DNA of 64,000 nt from the IMG/VR virus record IMGVR_UViG_3300032334_001433, positions 1 to 64,000 of that record; one strand, given 5' to 3'. The number at the start of each line of letters is the position of its first letter. The first letter of the stretch is position 1. The translations under genes and the position numbers were made by a program. Below, piece after piece: positions 1 through 10,943 of this stretch. Under the pieces are notes generated by a model that saw nothing but the letters and a program-made list of their open reading frames with translations, was not told where the DNA came from and ran no database searches. Origin of the DNA: a virus (Duplodnaviria; Caudoviricetes).

Positions 1-159
1 GGTAATCAAGGTAACAGTGGCGCCGGTGGTTCCGGTGTAGCAATTATTCGTTTACCTGCAGCATATTTTGCATCAAATACAACAGGATCTCCTAACTTAA
101 GTATTGTAGGTGGATATAACATATATACATTTAAGAGTTCTGGTACAATAACATTCTAA
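1..159 (+). CDS. polyglycine (Gly-rich domain) adhesin-like protein, 3' end only
   Basis: Frame 1 reads GNQGNSGAGGSGVAIIRLP...TTGSPNLSIVGGYNIYTFKSSGTITF-stop, the C-terminal signature of all downstream paralogs. Confidence 0.85.
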   Translation, partial: GNQGNSGAGGSGVAIIRLPAAYFASNTTGSPNLSIVGGYNIYTFKSSGTITF

Positions 160-165
160 AATAAT

Positions 166-996
166 ATGACTTTCTCGTTTCAAAATCTTAGTTATACAGG
201 AAAATTCACATTTTTACCTGGTCCAATACCACCTCCAATAATTGATTATTTGGTTGTTGCTGGAGGTGGAGGCGGGGGCGGCACTGGCAATGACGGTAAC
301 GGCGGCGGAGGTGGCGCCGGCGGGTTTGTAATGGGGACAACGTCAGTTACTTCAGGATACACATTAAATATTTCAATAGGTGCAGGCGGCGCCGTTGCTG
401 CAAACGGTGTTGATTCAACTTTACAATTATCTGGATCATTGACTATTACTTCATTAGGTGGCGGCGGCGGTCAACAATATGGCATTGGTAATAGTGGTGG
501 ATCGGGTGCTGGAACGTCAAGGGTTGCAGATCGCGGCGGCTATGGATTACAGCCAGCAAGTGCCAGTGGCGGCTATGGTAACGATGGTGGTGCTTCCAGT
601 AGCGGATACTATGTTACTGGCGGCGGTGGTGCCGGTGCTGCTGGATCAGGATATCCTGGCGCAGGCGGCGCTGGTAAAGAATGGCCGGTTGGTTCTGGAA
701 CATACTATGCAGGTGGTGGCGCCAGCTGGTATGCAATGGGTGGTTCCGGCGGCGGTGGTAACGGGGCTCTTCAAGTTGGTAATAACACTGGCCAAAACGG
801 CGTAGCAAATACTGGCGGCGGCGGTAGCGTAGGCACAAATAACGGGGCTGAGGGCCGCGGCGGATCTGGTGTTGTTATCATTCAATATCTTGAGGGATAC
901 CCGCCCGCCGCAAATACAACTGGTTCACCTACAATAACTGTTTCTGGCGGATATAGAACATATAAATTTACAAGTACCGGTACAATAACATTCTAA
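166..996 (+). CDS. polyglycine adhesin-like protein
   Basis: N-tag MTFSFQNLSYTGKF, DYLVVAGGGGG, GGSGVVIIQY, C-term GGYRTYKFTSTGTITF. Confidence 0.85.
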   Translation: MTFSFQNLSYTGKFTFLPGPIPPPIIDYLVVAGGGGGGGTGNDGNGGGGGAGGFVMGTTSVTSGYTLNISIGAGGAVAANGVDSTLQLSGSLTITSLGGGGGQQYGIGNSGGSGAGTSRVADRGGYGLQPASASGGYGNDGGASSSGYYVTGGGGAGAAGSGYPGAGGAGKEWPVGSGTYYAGGGASWYAMGGSGGGGNGALQVGNNTGQNGVANTGGGGSVGTNNGAEGRGGSGVVIIQYLEGYPPAANTTGSPTITVSGGYRTYKFTSTGTITF

Positions 997-1003
997 AATA
1001 ATT

Positions 1004-1909
1004 ATGCCCATTTCTTTTCAAAATATTAACTATCAAGGCAATTTTACTTTTACAACTGGGCCATCACAGGTATCCAGCCCGTCAACTGTAGAATACTTAG
1101 TTATAGCCGGCGGTGGCGGTGGAGGTGGCGGCACAACTAGTCCCGGCGGGTCGGGCGGCGGCGCCGGCGGTTATAGAACAGCTACTGGATTTTCTGTTAC
1201 TCCAGGGGCAAACATAGTAATTACTGTTGGATCTGGCGGTACTGCTGGAACAGGAACATCGCCAATTGCGACTAAAGGAAGTGATTCAATATTTAGTACT
1301 ATTACTTCTACAGGCGGTGGAGCCGGCCAACATTATAATCAAACATTCAATTCTGCAATACATAGTGGTGGCTCAGGCGGCGGCGCATTTTGGAATTTTG
1401 GAACAGCTGGAACTGGTAATACGCCTAGTACAAGCCCAAGTCAAGGAAACGACGGTGGCCCAGCAGGCGGTGGTGGCGCAACTCAGGCAAGTTCTGGTGG
1501 CGGAGGAAGTAGCGCAGTAGGTGGGCAATCTACTGGGTCGGCCGGTGGAGCTGGAGGTAATGGTACTGCATCCTCAATTTCTGGTACTTCCACTACATAC
1601 GCTGGCGGCGGTGGCGGCGGCGCAGGCATTAATAGCACGTTAGGTGCCGGTGGTTCTGGAGGCGGCGGCAGCGGTGGGGCCACCTACGGCAATGGATCGG
1701 ACGGATCCACTAATACCGGAGGCGGTGGTGGCGGTGCAGGCGAAGAACAAAATGGTACTCGTACTGGAGGCAATGGTGGTTCGGGTATTGTAATTATACG
1801 TTATGCAGATTCTTATGCGGCAGCGACAACAACAGGATCTCCTAACGTAACAGTTGCCGGTGGTTATAGAGTATATAAATTTACAAATTCCGGCTCAATA
1901 ATTTTCTAA
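1004..1909 (+). CDS. polyglycine adhesin-like protein
   Basis: N-tag MPISFQNINYQGNF, EYLVIAGGGG, GSGIVIIRY, C-term YKFTNSGSIIF. Confidence 0.85.
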   Translation: MPISFQNINYQGNFTFTTGPSQVSSPSTVEYLVIAGGGGGGGGTTSPGGSGGGAGGYRTATGFSVTPGANIVITVGSGGTAGTGTSPIATKGSDSIFSTITSTGGGAGQHYNQTFNSAIHSGGSGGGAFWNFGTAGTGNTPSTSPSQGNDGGPAGGGGATQASSGGGGSSAVGGQSTGSAGGAGGNGTASSISGTSTTYAGGGGGGAGINSTLGAGGSGGGGSGGATYGNGSDGSTNTGGGGGGAGEEQNGTRTGGNGGSGIVIIRYADSYAAATTTGSPNVTVAGGYRVYKFTNSGSIIF

Positions 1910-1910
1910 A

Positions 1911-2831
1911 ATGATTACGTTCAATAATATTTCATCTTCAGGTAGTTTTAATTTTAATGTTACTACATTAGGGCCAACTGCCCCTTCGTCTGTAGACTAT
2001 TTGGTCGTAGCAGGTGGTGGCGCTGGCGGATATGGAATACAAAACTATTCTGACGGGGGCGGTGGAGGCGCTGGTGGACTATTACAAGCAACCGGGGCAG
2101 CTATAACTCCAAGTGTAACTTATACAATTACTATTGGTGCAGGCGGCGCGCAAAGTTCTTGGACCAATGGATCAAATTCTGTTATTTCAGGATCGGGGTT
2201 TACGACTGTTACTGCGGTTGGCGGAGGAAAAGGAACAGATACTCGTTATTATGGAACAGCCGCTGGTAACGGTGGAAGCGGCGGCGGAACATATGGTACT
2301 GCTGCTGGAGCAGTTGGTAAAGGTATTTATCCCGGTTCAACGTATATAGATGCACCTAGACAAGGATATGATGGGGCAGATAGTGGATCACCGGGATATC
2401 CTTATCCTACAGGCGGTGGTGGCGGTGCAGGCGGCGCCGGATTAACTGGTTCTGGATCTGTGGGTGGATCGGGTGGACCTGGTTTATATTCTACAATATC
2501 TGGTTCAAATGTTGCTTACGCTGGCGGCGGTGGTGGATCAGTAGTTCAAGGTTCGGGATATCTAAGTACCGGCGGTGTAGGTGGGGGTGGCCGAGGCGGC
2601 TCGCCCGGCCTTGCTGAGGCAGGTACTATAAATACAGGCGGTGGCGGTGGCGGTGGTGGCGGTACAGTATCTTCTCCTGCAGCGGGTGGGGATGGAGGTT
2701 CTGGTATTATAATTATCCGTTATGCTGATTCTTACAATGCTGCTTCAAGTACAACAGGTTCTCCAAACGTAACAGTGGCGGGTGGTTACCGAGTATACAA
2801 GTTCACAAGTTCTGGTTCAATAACTTTCTAA
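1911..2831 (+). CDS. polyglycine adhesin-like protein
   Basis: N-tag MITFNNISSSGSF and same domain signatures. Confidence 0.85.
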   Translation: MITFNNISSSGSFNFNVTTLGPTAPSSVDYLVVAGGGAGGYGIQNYSDGGGGGAGGLLQATGAAITPSVTYTITIGAGGAQSSWTNGSNSVISGSGFTTVTAVGGGKGTDTRYYGTAAGNGGSGGGTYGTAAGAVGKGIYPGSTYIDAPRQGYDGADSGSPGYPYPTGGGGGAGGAGLTGSGSVGGSGGPGLYSTISGSNVAYAGGGGGSVVQGSGYLSTGGVGGGGRGGSPGLAEAGTINTGGGGGGGGGTVSSPAAGGDGGSGIIIIRYADSYNAASSTTGSPNVTVAGGYRVYKFTSSGSITF

Positions 2832-2837
2832 ATAAAA

Positions 2838-4538
2838 ATGTTTACTTTTAATAATTTTAATGTTACTGGTAATTGGTCTGCAATTAGTTCGCAATACATC
2901 GGACCACCTACCGCCGTTGAATACTTAGTTGTTGCTGGTGGTGGCGGCGGCGGTGGATCTGTTGCTGGTGGTGGCGGTGCTGGCGGATTTTTAACAGCAG
3001 CCAATTTATCTGTTTCTACTGTTGATACGTATACAATTAATATTGGTGCTGGCGGTGCTGGCGGCGCAAATAAATATTTTGGATCAAATGGTTCAAATTC
3101 TTATATTAGTGCAAGTGGAAGTAATCTTATTATTGCAGTAGGTGGTGGATACGGTTCGGCAGGTAATGATACCAGTATAAATGGTGGGGCATGGAATGCT
3201 GGATCTGGAGGTTCTGGTGGTGGCGGTACAAATATTGTTGGAAGATTGGGAAATCCAGGTTCTGGCATTGTTGGTCAAGGTTATGCAGGCGGTGCAGGAT
3301 TTAATAGTAGTTCAGCTGGTTATACTGGCGGTGGAGGCGGCGCTGGTGGCGTGGGAGTAGCTGGAGATGGAACCACTGCAGGCGCTGGCGGCCCCGGTAG
3401 ATATTCCACATTAAGCGGAGCAAATGTTGCTTATGCTGGCGGGGGCGGTGGTGGTCAAAATGGCCTGGGCGGCGTCGGTGGAGGCGGAGTAGGTGGAGAT
3501 ACTGCACCAACCGCAGGTACAACTAATACAGGTGGCGGCGGCGGTGGTGGAAATGGATATGCGGCGGGCACAGGTCGAGCAGGAGGCTCTGGCATAATTA
3601 TCATACGTTATCCTACAAGTTATTCTCCTGCAACAAACACAACAGGTTCTCCAAATGTAGTTTATGCTGGCGGTAATGTAAGTTACATATTTACACAATC
3701 TGGTTCAATATCTTGGACAATTCCTTTTACTCTAGAGTATTTAATTGTTGCTGGAGGCGGAGGCGGCGGTGATAGCGAGAGTGGTGTTAACGCTTCCGGT
3801 GGCGGTGGAGGCGCGGGTGGTTTATTATCAAATGCAACTGCGTTTAGTGCATCTTTTGGAACTACATACACCGTGACTATTGGTGGAGGTGGCGCGGGAA
3901 GACGTTCATATGCTCGAGGAGCATCTGGAAACGCATCATCATTTAGTTCAATAAGCACAGTTGGTGGTGGTGGTGGCGGCACCAGCGGACAAAATAGTGG
4001 CGCAGGCGGTAATGGATTATCTGGTGGATCCGGCGGCGGGGGCGGTTATTATTCAAATGGCGGCGCTGGAACAACTGGTCAAGGGAACGCCGGTGGCTCA
4101 TTTTATACAGGTGTATGGATTGCTTCCGGAGGCGGCGGCGCCGGCCAAGCAGGCCAAGCAGGCGGAAGTTATGTTAGTGGCGGTGCCGGAGGTGCCGGTC
4201 TTTATTATACTATATCTGGAGCAAATGTTGCGTATGCTGGCGGTGGCGGTGGCGGCGCATATATGGACGCATCAGGAGGCGGTGGAGCGGGTGGCGCAGG
4301 TGGAGGCGGTAATGGAGCAAAAAATGGTGTGGGCGGCGATGCAACAACTAATACTGGCGGTGGCGGTGGCGGCGGCGCCGGAGGAAATGGTGGAGGAAAC
4401 GGCGGATCTGGTATAGTTATACTTCGTCATCCAGATACAATTCCTGCAGCAGCAAACACAACTGGATCTCCTAACGTAACGGTAGCTGGTGGTTACAGAG
4501 TATATAAATTCACAAGTTCTGGCACAATAACTTTCTAA
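2838..4538 (+). CDS. polyglycine adhesin-like protein, two tandem domains
   Basis: Two EYL(V/I)VAGGGG...GSGIxI(I/L)R units joined by TQSGSISWTIPFTL. Confidence 0.85.
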   Translation: MFTFNNFNVTGNWSAISSQYIGPPTAVEYLVVAGGGGGGGSVAGGGGAGGFLTAANLSVSTVDTYTINIGAGGAGGANKYFGSNGSNSYISASGSNLIIAVGGGYGSAGNDTSINGGAWNAGSGGSGGGGTNIVGRLGNPGSGIVGQGYAGGAGFNSSSAGYTGGGGGAGGVGVAGDGTTAGAGGPGRYSTLSGANVAYAGGGGGGQNGLGGVGGGGVGGDTAPTAGTTNTGGGGGGGNGYAAGTGRAGGSGIIIIRYPTSYSPATNTTGSPNVVYAGGNVSYIFTQSGSISWTIPFTLEYLIVAGGGGGGDSESGVNASGGGGGAGGLLSNATAFSASFGTTYTVTIGGGGAGRRSYARGASGNASSFSSISTVGGGGGGTSGQNSGAGGNGLSGGSGGGGGYYSNGGAGTTGQGNAGGSFYTGVWIASGGGGAGQAGQAGGSYVSGGAGGAGLYYTISGANVAYAGGGGGGAYMDASGGGGAGGAGGGGNGAKNGVGGDATTNTGGGGGGGAGGNGGGNGGSGIVILRHPDTIPAAANTTGSPNVTVAGGYRVYKFTSSGTITF

Positions 4539-4544
4539 ATAAAA

Positions 4545-7500
4545 ATGTTTACTTTACAAAATCTATCTTCTACCGGAAATTTTTATATTACGCAAGTAAA
4601 TATTCCTCCGCCATCTGACGTATACTTTAAATATGTTACAATGTTATTGCATGGCAATGGCGGAAACGCAGCACCATTTAATAAAGATTCAAGTACAAAC
4701 GCATTTCCATTAACTATTGTTGGAGATACCAAACCTTCAATTATTAATCCGTATCAAGATGGATATTATAGTAATTATTTTAACGGTAGCACGGATTATT
4801 TAACCGTACCAAGTAATGCAGCGTTTGGTGTTGGCACTGGCGATTTTACTTGGGAGGCGTGGATTTATCCAACTAGTTGGCCATCTGCAGGCAATTATTC
4901 ATGTTTAATGCAAGTTGGTAGTACAGGTTTATATTTAGGTTTAAATTCAGCTGGTTTTGGTTTAAGACAGTCTGGCACCGCAAACATTATTTCTTACGGA
5001 ACAAATCCAACAATAAACACATGGACACATATAGCAATCACCCGAAGCGGGACAACTTGTACATTATACTACAATGGTTTATCTGTTGCGACCGCAACTA
5101 GTGCCGCAAACTTTGCCTCTAGTAGTGTATGGATTGGGGCAGATGCTACACCCGGAAACTATTATAGTGGATATTTGTCTAATATGCGTTTGGTTAAAGG
5201 CACAGCAGTTTACACATCAACATTTACGCCGCCAACTACGCCATTAACAGCAATTACTAATACAAGTTTATTAACTTGCCAAAGTAGCAGGTTTAAAGAT
5301 AACAGTACAAACGCATTTACTATTACACCATCTGGTTCTCCAACAATATCTCAATTACAAATACCATTTACTGCTCCTACGTATACTTATGGTAGTGGAT
5401 ACTTTGATGGTACAGGGGATTACTTATCTACGCTACAAAATGCAGCATTTAATTTTGATACAGGTGCATTTACTGTTGAAGCATGGGTATACTATACAGG
5501 TACTCCTGTAAATTCAAGGATCGTTGGACTTGGTAATGGTGCCGTTGGCGGTAGCACATATACAGGATGGACATTAAATATCAACAGTTCTTTGACATCC
5601 ATAAATTGGTATAGATATGATGGTAGTACTGAAACTAATTTGAGCGCATCTTATACATTCTCACTTAATACTTGGTATCATGTTGTCGCGGCGCGTAATG
5701 GATCAGGTAATCTGTCAATGTATGTAAATGGTGCACGGGTATATAATAATGCAAGTGCTTCTGTAGCCTACAATAATATAAATTCAGATCCTTTGTATAT
5801 TGGTGCCGTCTATGACGGGTCTGGCGGCAGCAACAGTTGGAAATACTTCTCAGGTTATATATCTGATGTTAGACTGGTAAAAGGATCAACTACATACGAT
5901 CCAACATCGTCAACTTTAACAGTTCCAACGGCACCATTAACCGCAGTAGCAAATACATCGTTACTAACATTACAAACAAACGGGCCAGTAACAAATAATC
6001 TATTCTTAGATTCATCTATAAACAACTTTACTATTACTCGCAACGGCAATTCTACACAGGGAACATTCAGCCCGTACGATGTTAGTTGGTCTAATTACTT
6101 TGATGGTAGTAGTACTTATTTTTCGGTTCCAACTAATTCAAACTTGCATCTAGAAACTGCTTCAGTTTTCACAGTAGAAGCATGGATATACATTACTGGA
6201 ATACCATCAGGTGCATCACAATTAACCATTGTTGGTAATAGAAGCGGTATAAGCGTAAGTGGTTGGGAATTTAGAGTTAGTACTTCAAGAACATTGCAAT
6301 TTTATTATACAGGCAATGCAACGTCTAACACAAATTCTTCTGATGTATTAGCATACAATACTTGGTATCACGTTGCTTTAGTAAGAAACTCTGGAACTGT
6401 TCAAATTTTTATTAACGGAGTATTATCTGTAACTAATAATTCTATTACAAACGGAACATTAAATTCAACTGCGCTTACTATTGGTTGTGAGGGAACAGAT
6501 ACAACATCTATATTTCAAGGAAATATTTCAAATTTAAGAATTGTTAATGGTACGGCATTATATACATCTGCTTTTACAGCCCCAGCATCGCAATTAACCG
6601 CAATTACTAATACGGCGTTACTTACTTGCCAAAGCAATAGATTTATTGACAACAGTACAAACGCATTTGCTATAACAACTACAGGTTCCCTTTCAGTAGA
6701 AAGTTTTAGTCCGTTTGCACTTACAACGGCATATAATACTAGCGTTATTGGCGGATCTGCATACTTTGATGGTACAGGGGATTACTTAAGCATACCAAAT
6801 AATACTGCATTTAAACCCGGGGCATCTACAAATCCATTCTGTATTGAATGTTGGATTTATCCAACTGCAACTCCTGGATCAAATTTTGCAGTGCTTGGCA
6901 ATTATACCGTTGTGTCTTATCCAACAAGTACCAATGGTTTTGATATTATTACAAATTCATCGAATCAATTAGCATTTAGATGGGGGTATCCAAACTATAT
7001 TGATTCTGGTAATAGTGCAGCGATGTCATTGAATACATGGAATCATGTTGCTGTTTGTAGAAACTCAAGCGGATCGTTATCGTGTTATCTCAATGGTACC
7101 CGCTGGTTTAATTCATCTAGCAATACATCTACAACCGACGGAACAGCATCAAGTTTTTGGATAGGATGGGCAGGCAGTTTATCTGGGTCAACTATTAATC
7201 CTTTTACCGGCTACATATCAGATACCAGATTGGTAAAAGGATCGACCCCATATGATCCTACGTCAACAACTTTAACAGTTCCGGTTATCCCATTGACCCC
7301 AATAGCAAACACATCTTTATTATGTAACTTTACAAATGCAGCAGTTGTTGATAATTCGCAATTAAATAATTTAGAGACTGCTGGTAACGTACAAATAAAT
7401 ACGACTATTACAAAATTTGGTACAGGATCAATGTATTTTGATGGAGTTAGTAATTATTTAAGAATACCATACAACCAATCATTAAATTTTGGCAAAGGCG

Positions 7501-7976
7501 ACTTTACAATTGAATTTTGGTTATACCCTACAAGTAATGCGGCAAGCGAAAGTTATATTATGACTGCAGGCCCGGCAGGAGCCGGCGCTGTTAATAGAGG
7601 ATGGAGATTGTCGAGTAATATTGGTACAACATCTGGTATTTATTTTGCGCCGTTGGGTGCAGGGAATGAAATAAAATTAGGTAATTACCCATCATCTAAT
7701 TCATGGCATCATGTGGCAATTGTTAGATCAAATACAACTATTACTGGATATGTAGATGGTGTTGCATTAGGAACGACAATAAATGTAGGGGCAAATACTA
7801 TTACTGATATTACAACTGGAGACTTCTCATACGTCGGAGCGTTACATAATACAGGTGGTGTTGGACGATTATTTTATACCGGGTATTTAGACGATTTGCG
7901 TATCACCAAAGGTATCGCAAGATATTCAAATACCTTTACTATACCAACAACAGTTTTCCCCGACATTGGACCATAG
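4545..7976 (+). CDS. multi-LamG/concanavalin A-like lectin tail protein (5 modules)
   Basis: Five YF(D/N)GxxxYLxxP...FTxExWxY...WxHxAxxR...GY(L/I)SxxRLVKG units; N-tag MFTLQNLSSTGNF. Confidence 0.85.
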   Translation: MFTLQNLSSTGNFYITQVNIPPPSDVYFKYVTMLLHGNGGNAAPFNKDSSTNAFPLTIVGDTKPSIINPYQDGYYSNYFNGSTDYLTVPSNAAFGVGTGDFTWEAWIYPTSWPSAGNYSCLMQVGSTGLYLGLNSAGFGLRQSGTANIISYGTNPTINTWTHIAITRSGTTCTLYYNGLSVATATSAANFASSSVWIGADATPGNYYSGYLSNMRLVKGTAVYTSTFTPPTTPLTAITNTSLLTCQSSRFKDNSTNAFTITPSGSPTISQLQIPFTAPTYTYGSGYFDGTGDYLSTLQNAAFNFDTGAFTVEAWVYYTGTPVNSRIVGLGNGAVGGSTYTGWTLNINSSLTSINWYRYDGSTETNLSASYTFSLNTWYHVVAARNGSGNLSMYVNGARVYNNASASVAYNNINSDPLYIGAVYDGSGGSNSWKYFSGYISDVRLVKGSTTYDPTSSTLTVPTAPLTAVANTSLLTLQTNGPVTNNLFLDSSINNFTITRNGNSTQGTFSPYDVSWSNYFDGSSTYFSVPTNSNLHLETASVFTVEAWIYITGIPSGASQLTIVGNRSGISVSGWEFRVSTSRTLQFYYTGNATSNTNSSDVLAYNTWYHVALVRNSGTVQIFINGVLSVTNNSITNGTLNSTALTIGCEGTDTTSIFQGNISNLRIVNGTALYTSAFTAPASQLTAITNTALLTCQSNRFIDNSTNAFAITTTGSLSVESFSPFALTTAYNTSVIGGSAYFDGTGDYLSIPNNTAFKPGASTNPFCIECWIYPTATPGSNFAVLGNYTVVSYPTSTNGFDIITNSSNQLAFRWGYPNYIDSGNSAAMSLNTWNHVAVCRNSSGSLSCYLNGTRWFNSSSNTSTTDGTASSFWIGWAGSLSGSTINPFTGYISDTRLVKGSTPYDPTSTTLTVPVIPLTPIANTSLLCNFTNAAVVDNSQLNNLETAGNVQINTTITKFGTGSMYFDGVSNYLRIPYNQSLNFGKGDFTIEFWLYPTSNAASESYIMTAGPAGAGAVNRGWRLSSNIGTTSGIYFAPLGAGNEIKLGNYPSSNSWHHVAIVRSNTTITGYVDGVALGTTINVGANTITDITTGDFSYVGALHNTGGVGRLFYTGYLDDLRITKGIARYSNTFTIPTTVFPDIGP

Positions 7977-7977
7977 T

Positions 7978-10017
7978 ATGTTCACTATACAAAATCTTAA
8001 TATTGGTGGTGTTTCTGGATATGCAGCCTCATTTACACAACTGCCAACTGATACTTACTTTAATTATGTTACTTTGCTTTTGCATGGTGACGGGACTAAC
8101 AGCACCCAAAACAATACGTTTATAGACTCCAGCAGCAATGCGTTTACTGTCACTCGCACTGGCAGCGCAACGCAAGGTAGCTTTAGTCCATACGGTGTTA
8201 ATTGGAGTAATTACTTCAATGGAACAAACCAATATCTAATTGCGCCGTCTGGAGCAAGTACATTTGGAACTGGTGATTTTACTGTTGAATGTTGGATTTA
8301 TAAAACGTCAGCAGTTGACGCTACTATGTTGTGTAATGCAACAGGTAGTTCTGATAATAGTTATTGGTCATTCAGTAGCCTTGCTAATGGTACTGTTGGC
8401 ATAGGTATTAGGGATAGTGCTGCTGCTACGGTATCTGTAACCGGTAGTATAGTTATTCCTACCAATACCTGGGCTCATGTAGCAGTAACAAGACAATCTG
8501 GACTCGTTAGAGTGTTTGTCAACGGTGTATTGGATAATTCTGGAACTATTAGTAAATCAGTTACTGCTAGAACAACACTTATTGGAACATTTCAATATAC
8601 TGGATATGAAAACTATTTTCCGGGATATGTGTCAAATGTGAGAATAGTTACAGGTACAGCAGTATATACAGCAACATTTACACCCCCAACTGCTCCATTA
8701 ACTGCAATTTCTGGAACATCATTATTGACTTGTCAATCTAATCGTTTTGCTGATAGTAGTACTAATAACTTTGCTTTAACTGTTACGGGCGCCCCATCTG
8801 TTCAACGCTATAACCCGTTTGGCACGAGTTCAGCGTACTCTACTTCTGCAATTGGCGGGTCTGGCTATTTCAATGGGACAAGCGATTATTTAACTGCGCC
8901 AGCTAACGCGGCTCTTAGTATGGGAACCGGTGATTTCACTTGGGAGATGTGGGTTTATCCAATAACAACGCCAAGTGGAACTGGAACATCATCTAATCAA
9001 TTTCTTTTCGGGTACAGAAGTGGAAATGATACAAGCCCATATTTAACTTTAAATTCTGGTAGCGGAGGGACTAATCCAATTATATTGTTTAGCGGAGATA
9101 CTACTAATTTTCTTAGCACGACATTTCCTGCATTAAATAACTGGCATCACATTGCGATAACAAGATCAGGAACCGCATTAAAGATGTTCCTTAACGGCGC
9201 TGTGGTATCAAGCACCACAAATAGTACAAATTTTAGCGATGCTAGCACTCGCTATATTGGCGCAATAAATGGCGGAACTACATATTATTTCCCGGGCTAT
9301 ATATCAAATTTACGCATAGTTAAAGGCACAGCAGTTTACACCGCAGCATTTACGCCACCAACTGCGCCACTTACAGCAATAGCCAATACATCTCTTTTGC
9401 TTAACACCATTAATGGAGGCATTTACGACAATGCCATGATGAACAATTTAATAACCGTTGGTAATGCTCAAGTTAGTACTACGCAATCTAAGTTTGGCGG
9501 CTCATCTATGTACTTTGATGGCAGTAGTTATTTAAACCAACCATCATCTCAAAATTTTGCTTTAGGCGGTGATTTTACTGTTGAAGCATGGGTTTATTTA
9601 ACTGCCAATATGTCTGGCACTAATGCTGGTTATTTAACAGATTTTCGAGGTGGTTCAACAAGTAACTTTGCTTTAGGGTTCATTGGAGCAAGCGGCGTAA
9701 CAAAAATGTATGCGTACATTGGGTCAACTCCGGCAGAAACAACTGGAACTACAACTGTAACGCTTAATACATGGAATCATGTTGCTTTTGTTAGAAGTGG
9801 TAGTACAGTAACTATGTACTTAAATGGAACATCAAATGGGACGTTGAGTGCCTCATATGCTCAAGGAGCAACGAATGCAGTTATTTGTGCAAGATATACA
9901 GGTGCAACAGAATATATTACAGGCTATATAGATGATCTGCGTATCACAAACGGATACGCTCGCTATACCTCAAACTTCACCGCACCAACAGCAACCTTAC
10001 CCGATATCGGACCATAG
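7978..10017 (+). CDS. multi-LamG lectin tail protein (3 modules)
   Basis: Three LamG units; ATG 7978 gives N-tag MFTIQNLNIGG (track start 7966 is an upstream TTG); ends LPDIGP like preceding gene (FPDIGP). Confidence 0.85.
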   Translation: MFTIQNLNIGGVSGYAASFTQLPTDTYFNYVTLLLHGDGTNSTQNNTFIDSSSNAFTVTRTGSATQGSFSPYGVNWSNYFNGTNQYLIAPSGASTFGTGDFTVECWIYKTSAVDATMLCNATGSSDNSYWSFSSLANGTVGIGIRDSAAATVSVTGSIVIPTNTWAHVAVTRQSGLVRVFVNGVLDNSGTISKSVTARTTLIGTFQYTGYENYFPGYVSNVRIVTGTAVYTATFTPPTAPLTAISGTSLLTCQSNRFADSSTNNFALTVTGAPSVQRYNPFGTSSAYSTSAIGGSGYFNGTSDYLTAPANAALSMGTGDFTWEMWVYPITTPSGTGTSSNQFLFGYRSGNDTSPYLTLNSGSGGTNPIILFSGDTTNFLSTTFPALNNWHHIAITRSGTALKMFLNGAVVSSTTNSTNFSDASTRYIGAINGGTTYYFPGYISNLRIVKGTAVYTAAFTPPTAPLTAIANTSLLLNTINGGIYDNAMMNNLITVGNAQVSTTQSKFGGSSMYFDGSSYLNQPSSQNFALGGDFTVEAWVYLTANMSGTNAGYLTDFRGGSTSNFALGFIGASGVTKMYAYIGSTPAETTGTTTVTLNTWNHVAFVRSGSTVTMYLNGTSNGTLSASYAQGATNAVICARYTGATEYITGYIDDLRITNGYARYTSNFTAPTATLPDIGP

Positions 10018-10032
10018 AATGTTTTCTTTTCC

Positions 10033-10938
10033 ATGTTAACAATACAAAATTTTAATCTTAGTGGCGCAATGAGCTTTAACAATGTTTCTGGCGCATTACC
10101 AATTCCACCTACAGTGACATATATTTTAGTTGCGGGCGGGGGATCTGGTGGTACTGGAAATTATTCTGGTGGCGGTGGTGCCGGCGGGTTACTATCAAAT
10201 ACATTCTCAACAAGTGGCGGTGTAACATATTCTATCACGGTTGGGGCTGGCGGCGGAACTGCTGCAAGCGGCGGAGATAGTGCAATATCCGGAACAAATA
10301 TTACAACCGTTACTGCAGTTGGTGGTGGCCGAGGTTCGGGTGGTTATGGTAGTTTTGCCGGAGCAGCTGGTGGTTCTGGTGGAGGCGGTGGCGCAGGCGG
10401 CGGCGGTCCTGGCGCAGGTACCACAGGCCAAGGTAATGCTGGAGGATCTGCTGCTACAGGCGGCAACTATTCTGGAGGCGGCGGCGGAGGTTATGGTGCC
10501 GCAGGCAGTAATGCGGCCGACGGTGTAGGCGGCAATGGCGGTGTAGGTACAAGCACATACAGTTCATGGTTGTCTGATACTAATTTAGGGCACAATGTTA
10601 GCGGTACTAGATATCTTGCGGGTGGAGGTGGCGGGGCCATTGAGAGGGCATCTGGCACACCCGGTTCGGGTGGCGCAGGCGGCGGTGGCGCGGGAACACT
10701 TGGAGGAGGAGCTGCAACTTCAGCAAGTACCGGCATTATAAATACAGGTGGGGGCGGTGGTGCATGGACTTCTTATGGCGGAACCCAATATTCATATTTT
10801 AATGGTGGATCTGGCGTTGCTATTATTAGATATTCAGATAGTTACCGAGTAGCAACAACTACCGGCAATGTATCTTATATAGCAAATAATGGTTATCGTT
10901 ACTATGCATTTTTTGATTCTGGATCTTTAACTTGGTAA
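10033..10938 (+). CDS. polyglycine adhesin-like protein
   Basis: N-tag MLTIQNFNLSGAM, TYILVAGGGSGG, C-term GYRYYAFFDSGSLTW. Confidence 0.85.
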   Translation: MLTIQNFNLSGAMSFNNVSGALPIPPTVTYILVAGGGSGGTGNYSGGGGAGGLLSNTFSTSGGVTYSITVGAGGGTAASGGDSAISGTNITTVTAVGGGRGSGGYGSFAGAAGGSGGGGGAGGGGPGAGTTGQGNAGGSAATGGNYSGGGGGGYGAAGSNAADGVGGNGGVGTSTYSSWLSDTNLGHNVSGTRYLAGGGGGAIERASGTPGSGGAGGGGAGTLGGGAATSASTGIINTGGGGGAWTSYGGTQYSYFNGGSGVAIIRYSDSYRVATTTGNVSYIANNGYRYYAFFDSGSLTW

Positions 10939-10943
10939 TTTAA

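Noticed and set aside
2826-2840. TAAATA at array junctions as late promoters
   Set aside because: Predicted +1 would fall inside or past the ATG; better explained as stop codon plus AT spacer
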